Assembly (NCBI GenBank): GCA_051530055.1
Contig: CM121342.1
Coordinates: 5,951,489-6,015,488 of the forward strand
Direction of reading: 5' to 3'
DNA: 64,000 nt
From: Neoechinorhynchus agilis
Lineage: Eukaryota > Animalia > Acanthocephala
Both the position numbers and the translations under genes were made by a program. The notes under the pieces were generated by a model that saw only the letters and a program-made list of their open reading frames with translations, had not been told where the DNA came from and did not search any database. Positions 59,834 to 64,000 of the stretch are shown piece after piece (position 1 is the first letter of the stretch; each line of letters begins with the position of its first letter).

Positions 59834-59988
59834 GAAATATTTCGAAAGAGAGAAAACATCGCCTCGTCAATCATCTAAAAAGGTTTTGGTTTGTTTGCAA
59901 GTGTTTACGACGTTAGATCGCGTCACGTAGTAAACAAACTTTTTTAAATGATTGATGAATCGATGTTTCCTCTCTTTTGAAATATTTC
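59834..59988. repeat. 155-bp imperfect palindrome (MITE-like or hairpin)
   Basis: gaaatatttcgaaagagagaaaacatcg..gtcaatcatctaaaaaggttt pairs with aaactttttaaatgattgat..cgatgtttcctctcttttgaaatatttc. Inner gtttac/gtaaac arms. Confidence 0.75.
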
Positions 59989-60301
59989 CTAATAAAATGA
60001 TTTTTTGGAAAGCATTTTTACAAATCACAAAATGTTGAAATCAGCGGTGTAAAATGGCACTAAGTAATTAGATCACAAAAACTTTCCTTATCATTGAACG
60101 ACTGATAAGAAAACTAAATGGAGTTTGTGTGGCTTTTTCCGGCTTCTTTTTACTTACGATTTGAAATTTAGGATACACTAAGAAATGTTTCTTCGGCAAC
60201 GTCTAAATCCGATTGCGACCAACGAAACTGATTAATTTTTTTAAGAATAAGGTTTTTAGCAAATTACCATGAAAATACTACAATCAAACTTCGATTTCAT
60301 C

Positions 60302-62045
60302 CCGATCGCTTGTGTTTCTAAACCTCTGTTACTAAAAGAAAACACAGACTTTGTAGCAAAAAAAACAATAAAGCAAAAAATTATTTAATTCTCACTTTTT
60401 TTATTTTTTAATCCAAAAATTGGGGTTTCGGTTATTCCTAAAAAATCTGTCCCAATTAATTCGAAAATAAACGAAGTTCCATTGTATTTAATTTTTGGAG
60501 CAAAAATCCCATTTGAGATTATAATGAAATTTTTTCCATTGCTGTCAAATAACAACAAACGTAAATCGTATTTTTTAGAAAAAAATTGTTCCTTAAAGTT
60601 AAATACAATGGAAATTCGATTTTATGCCGATTGCTTGTGCTTCTAAACCTCTGTTACTAAAAGAAAACACAGACTTTGTAGCGAAAAAAAAACAATAAAG
60701 CAAAAAATTATTTAATTCTCACCTTTTTTGAATTTTTTAATCTAAAAATTGGGGTTTCGATTATTCCTAAAAAATCTGTCCCAATTAATTCGAAAATAAA
60801 CGAAGTTCCATTGTATTTAATTTTTGGAGCAAAAATCCCATTTGAGATTATAATGAAATTTTTTCCATTGCTGTCAAATAACAACAAACGTAAATCGTAT
60901 TTTTTAGAAAAAAATTGTTCCTTAAAGTTAAATACAATGGAAATTCGATTTTATGCCGATTGCTTGTGCTTCTAAACCTCTGTTACTAAAAGAAAACACA
61001 GACTTTGTAGCGAAAAAAAAACAATAAAGCAAAAAATTATTTAATTCTCACCTTTTTTGAATTTTTTAATCTAAAAATTGGGGTTTCGATTATTCCTAAA
61101 AAATCTGTCCCAATTAATTCGAAAATAAACGAAGTTCCATTGTATTTAATTTTTGGAGCAAAAATCCCATTTTAGATTATAATGAAATTTTTTCCATTGC
61201 TGTCAAATAACAACAAACGTAAATCGTATTTTTTAGAAGAAAATTGTTCCTTAAAGTTAAATACAATGGAAATTCGATTTTATGCCGATTGCTTGTGCTT
61301 CTAAACCTCTGTTACTAAAAGAAAACACAGACTTTGTAGCGAAAAAAAAACAATAAAGCAAAAAATTATTTAATTCTCACCTTTTTTGAATTTTTTAATC
61401 TAAAAATTGGGGTTTCGATTATTCCTAAAAAATCTGTCCCAATTAATTCGAAAATAAACGAAGTTCCATTGTATTTAATTTTTGGAGCAAAAATCCCATT
61501 TTAGATTATAATGAAATTTTTTCCATTGCTGTCAAATAACAACAAACGTAAATCGTATTTTTTAGAAGAAAATTGTTCCTTAAAGTTAAATACAATGGAA
61601 ATTCGATTTTATGCCGATTGCTTGTGCTTCTAAACCTCTGTTACTAAAAGAAAACACAGACTTTGTAGCGAAAAAAAACAATAAAGCAAAAAATTATTTA
61701 ATTCTCACCTTTTTTGAATTTTTTAATCTAAAAATTGGGGTTTCGATTATTCCTAAAAAATCTGTCCCAATTAATTCGAAAATAAACGAAGTTCCATTGT
61801 ATTTAATTTTTGGAGCAAAAATCCCATTTTAGATTATAATGAAATTTTTTCCATTGCTGTCAAATAACAACAAACGTAAATCGTATTTTTTAGAAGAAAA
61901 TTGTTTCCTAAAGTTAAATACAATGGAAATTCGATTTTATGCCGATTGCTTGTGCTTCTAAACCTCTGTTACTAAAAGAAAACACAGACTTTGCAGCGGT
62001 GAAAAAACAATAAAGCAAAAAATTATTTAATTCTCACCTTTTTTT
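60302..62045. repeat. Tandem array, ~329-bp unit, ~5.3 copies
   Basis: 'ccgattgcttgtgcttctaaacctctg' at ~60302 (variant), 60627, 60956, 61285, 61614 and 61942. Confidence 0.97.
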
Positions 62046-62099
62046 GATTATTGTCTTTGGGGGAAAAGATAGTTTCTTTTGGTAGTTTTGCAAGATAAA

Positions 62100-62760
62100 C
62101 CTTTAAATTAACGATCAATCGTTAAAACCCTTTTCCGATGAATACCAAATTTGTTGTCTTCAAATGTTATGTTTGTTCGGCAGCTTCCTTGATGGCCGCG
62201 TTGAATCGAAGCGCTGATTCGCTGCAACAGGAAGCTGCTGGATCGCATATCGCCGGTGGCATCTTTCTCAGTCGGGAAAAGGAAATAATCGGCTTCTTTT
62301 CCGAGACATCCCAGTGTTTCCACTGCAATCGGGATGAAAATATATTGATGCCCATCGAGCGAGGAGTGTACTTCTGCCGCTTCTTTTCCTCTGCTCCCGC
62401 CTTTGAGGCGGCATCCCGTAAGTGGGATGCTGCGAGCGTCTTGGGGCAGGTAAAATCCCAAACCAGTATTTTCCCGGAGTCGCCCCGTCGTTCCGGGAGA
62501 GTCCGACTGGTTCGAGTCGAGCTGGAAAACCGGCCGTTGAGAGGGCTTTCTTTGAGCGTGGCGAGCAGTTGAACGCTTGCAGTCAAGGCCGTGAGTTCCC
62601 GTTCACTGTCTCACCGCACCGAGAAATCGATGCCCAACCGAAGTCCCACAGCGACGGTGATGGCCTGATCATCCAGGCCAACAGCCCCTTGATCGAGAAA
62701 GCCTTCAAGAAGTCGCTGGAGTGTGGAGCTGAGACTGCCAGGAGACGTCTAATTTTTTAA
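62100..62760 (-). mobile_element. Decayed CRE-type retrotransposon 3' fragment (REL domain)
   Basis: GKILVWDFTCPKTLAASHL..AAEEKKRQKY and FIPIAVETLGCLGKEA..TGDMRSSSFLLQRISASIQRG. Confidence 0.88.
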
Positions 62761-63429
62761 TCCAAACATTGGAGTTTCGGATATTCGTATAGAAACTCTC
62801 TTATCCGAATATTATCCGGTCCGAATTCGAGAATAAACGACGTTTTATTGCATATCGTCAATTATTTTTAAATCTCGGAAGATATTGATTGAATTCGGCA
62901 CAATTTGGCTCCCTTTTATTCAATCTTGAAACGTTCATTGGATGCTTTCATTTAAGAAAAACAACATTGGAAAGCAATATAAAGAATCAAATTTTTATTG
63001 GACGAATTCTTTTGACCATATCAAGATTACAGGACGAAGGTTCATTGTTCATCTTTGGATTGATTGAACCTTTTAAGAAGACGGTTCCATCTGCGCCGTT
63101 CCGTCTTATTCTTTCATATCTTTAACATCGTTGTGCCCGAAGTGTTCATCCATTCTGAGATGCATTTTCCCTCTTCTCGTTTTGAGTGAGTCTTTGGTTT
63201 GTAGGTTTTTTGCTCACTAAGAATTTTATTCCATCGTTTGAGTTCCAAGTAGAACTCAAGTTTGAAATGTTCAATATTTAACAACTGTTCATGATGGATT
63301 CTAATGTTTTTCTTCAACTTCTTTAAATCCTTTACAAAAATTTAATTTTTGACTAATTGAAGTTTCAATGTGGGATTTAAGACCAACTCTAAACTTATTT
63401 CTTAAACTTAATTTTTAAGAGTTTCAACG

Positions 63430-63960
63430 TCTCGTTCAAATCCCGTGAATGGCCTCAGACAGTCGATCTGGGACAGATCTCTCGTCGCGAGAGCTCACAG
63501 CTATCTACTTTCAGGTTCTCGCCATGGGGTCGTCCGAGCTATATTGTTGGCAGTTTCAACAGGAGAATCGGGGTTCCTCCGGCATCCGTGGGAACTCTTC
63601 TTACTGATGAGGTAACGAGGATCGCAGTATCCTTAAGACTTGGTCTTGGGGCGACACGGTCTCGTTTGCCGAAAGTCAGGAGGAAAGTTCTCACGCCATT
63701 CTGAGATCAGCAGCGTAATTTCTCGGGCGTTGAGAACGACGAATGATTTGGAAGAGGCAAGATTATTTTCTGGTTGTCTAAAATGACCTTCTTAGATTCT
63801 GGCACTATTCGTGGCTTCACTTTGTCACGAACTCGATCACATGGGAAAGACTAATTCATTCGCCCATCTTTGTCGACCTGACGGAATTTCGGTCTTTCCG
63901 TGACGGGAGGGCAAATGCCTTCCCTGGGACGACCCTCGCAGTAAGCAACATTTCCTACTC
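63430..63960 (+). mobile_element. Decayed CRE-type retrotransposon fragment, plus strand
   Basis: RQSIWDRSL, LLAVSTGESG, GTLLTDEVTRIAVSLRLG and PHLCRPDGISVFP*REGKCL. Nucleotide similarity to the 22.46-22.5 kb element in opposite orientation. Confidence 0.8.
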
Positions 63961-64000
63961 AGCGAAAGGGACGAAGGTACGAAAATATTGGGATTTAGCA

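Noticed and set aside
60302-62045. 329-bp array as a spliced-leader RNA gene cluster (Sm-like AATTTTTGG in each unit, CRE remnant adjacent)
   Set aside because: I found no convincing leader-exon/GT donor or stem-loop arrangement around the motif, and the motif is expected by chance in AT-rich DNA. Small-RNA data or an SL sequence would be needed.
62960-63340. Minus-strand open stretch DLKKLKKNIRIHHEQ... interrupted by one TGA
   Set aside because: No homology recognised, no SECIS seen, and it is flanked by decayed retroelements.

Overview
AT-rich, gene-dense eukaryotic DNA with short spliceosomal introns (mostly ~30-75 nt). It is most likely a compact invertebrate animal genome; the taxon cannot be fixed from sequence alone. 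Recognisable genes: NAA15 (runs off the left edge), an Ig-domain type I membrane protein, SAR1, a stand-alone AN1 zinc-finger protein, COG7, TMEM222, a kelch protein with a long charged repeat tail, a bacterial-type YbaY/YscW-like secreted protein, UTP6, ITFG1/LINKIN, GEMIN2, a TMBIM/Lifeguard protein, an intronless divergent OGT, a secreted LRR protein, selenoprotein K with a type II SECIS, and PRMT5. An unknown secreted protein is present in two near-identical copies. Mobile DNA: five decayed CRE-type (REL-endonuclease) non-LTR remnants, a decayed RTE-like LINE, a TIR-bounded element with tRNA-like A/B boxes, and a small hairpin/MITE family. Roughly a fifth of the window is nine mutually unrelated local tandem arrays (units ~72-388 bp), at least two of them built from pieces of adjacent genes or exon-like sequence. 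Best leads: the YbaY-like horizontal-transfer candidate, the SINE/MITE hybrid element, a TMBIM with both pH-sensor Asp replaced by Asn, the active-site-substituted OGT, a possible CRE 3' transduction of TMEM222, and operon/trans-splice-like gene spacing. All alignments were done by eye from remembered family motifs, exon boundaries are approximate, and the middle copies of long arrays look error-prone.
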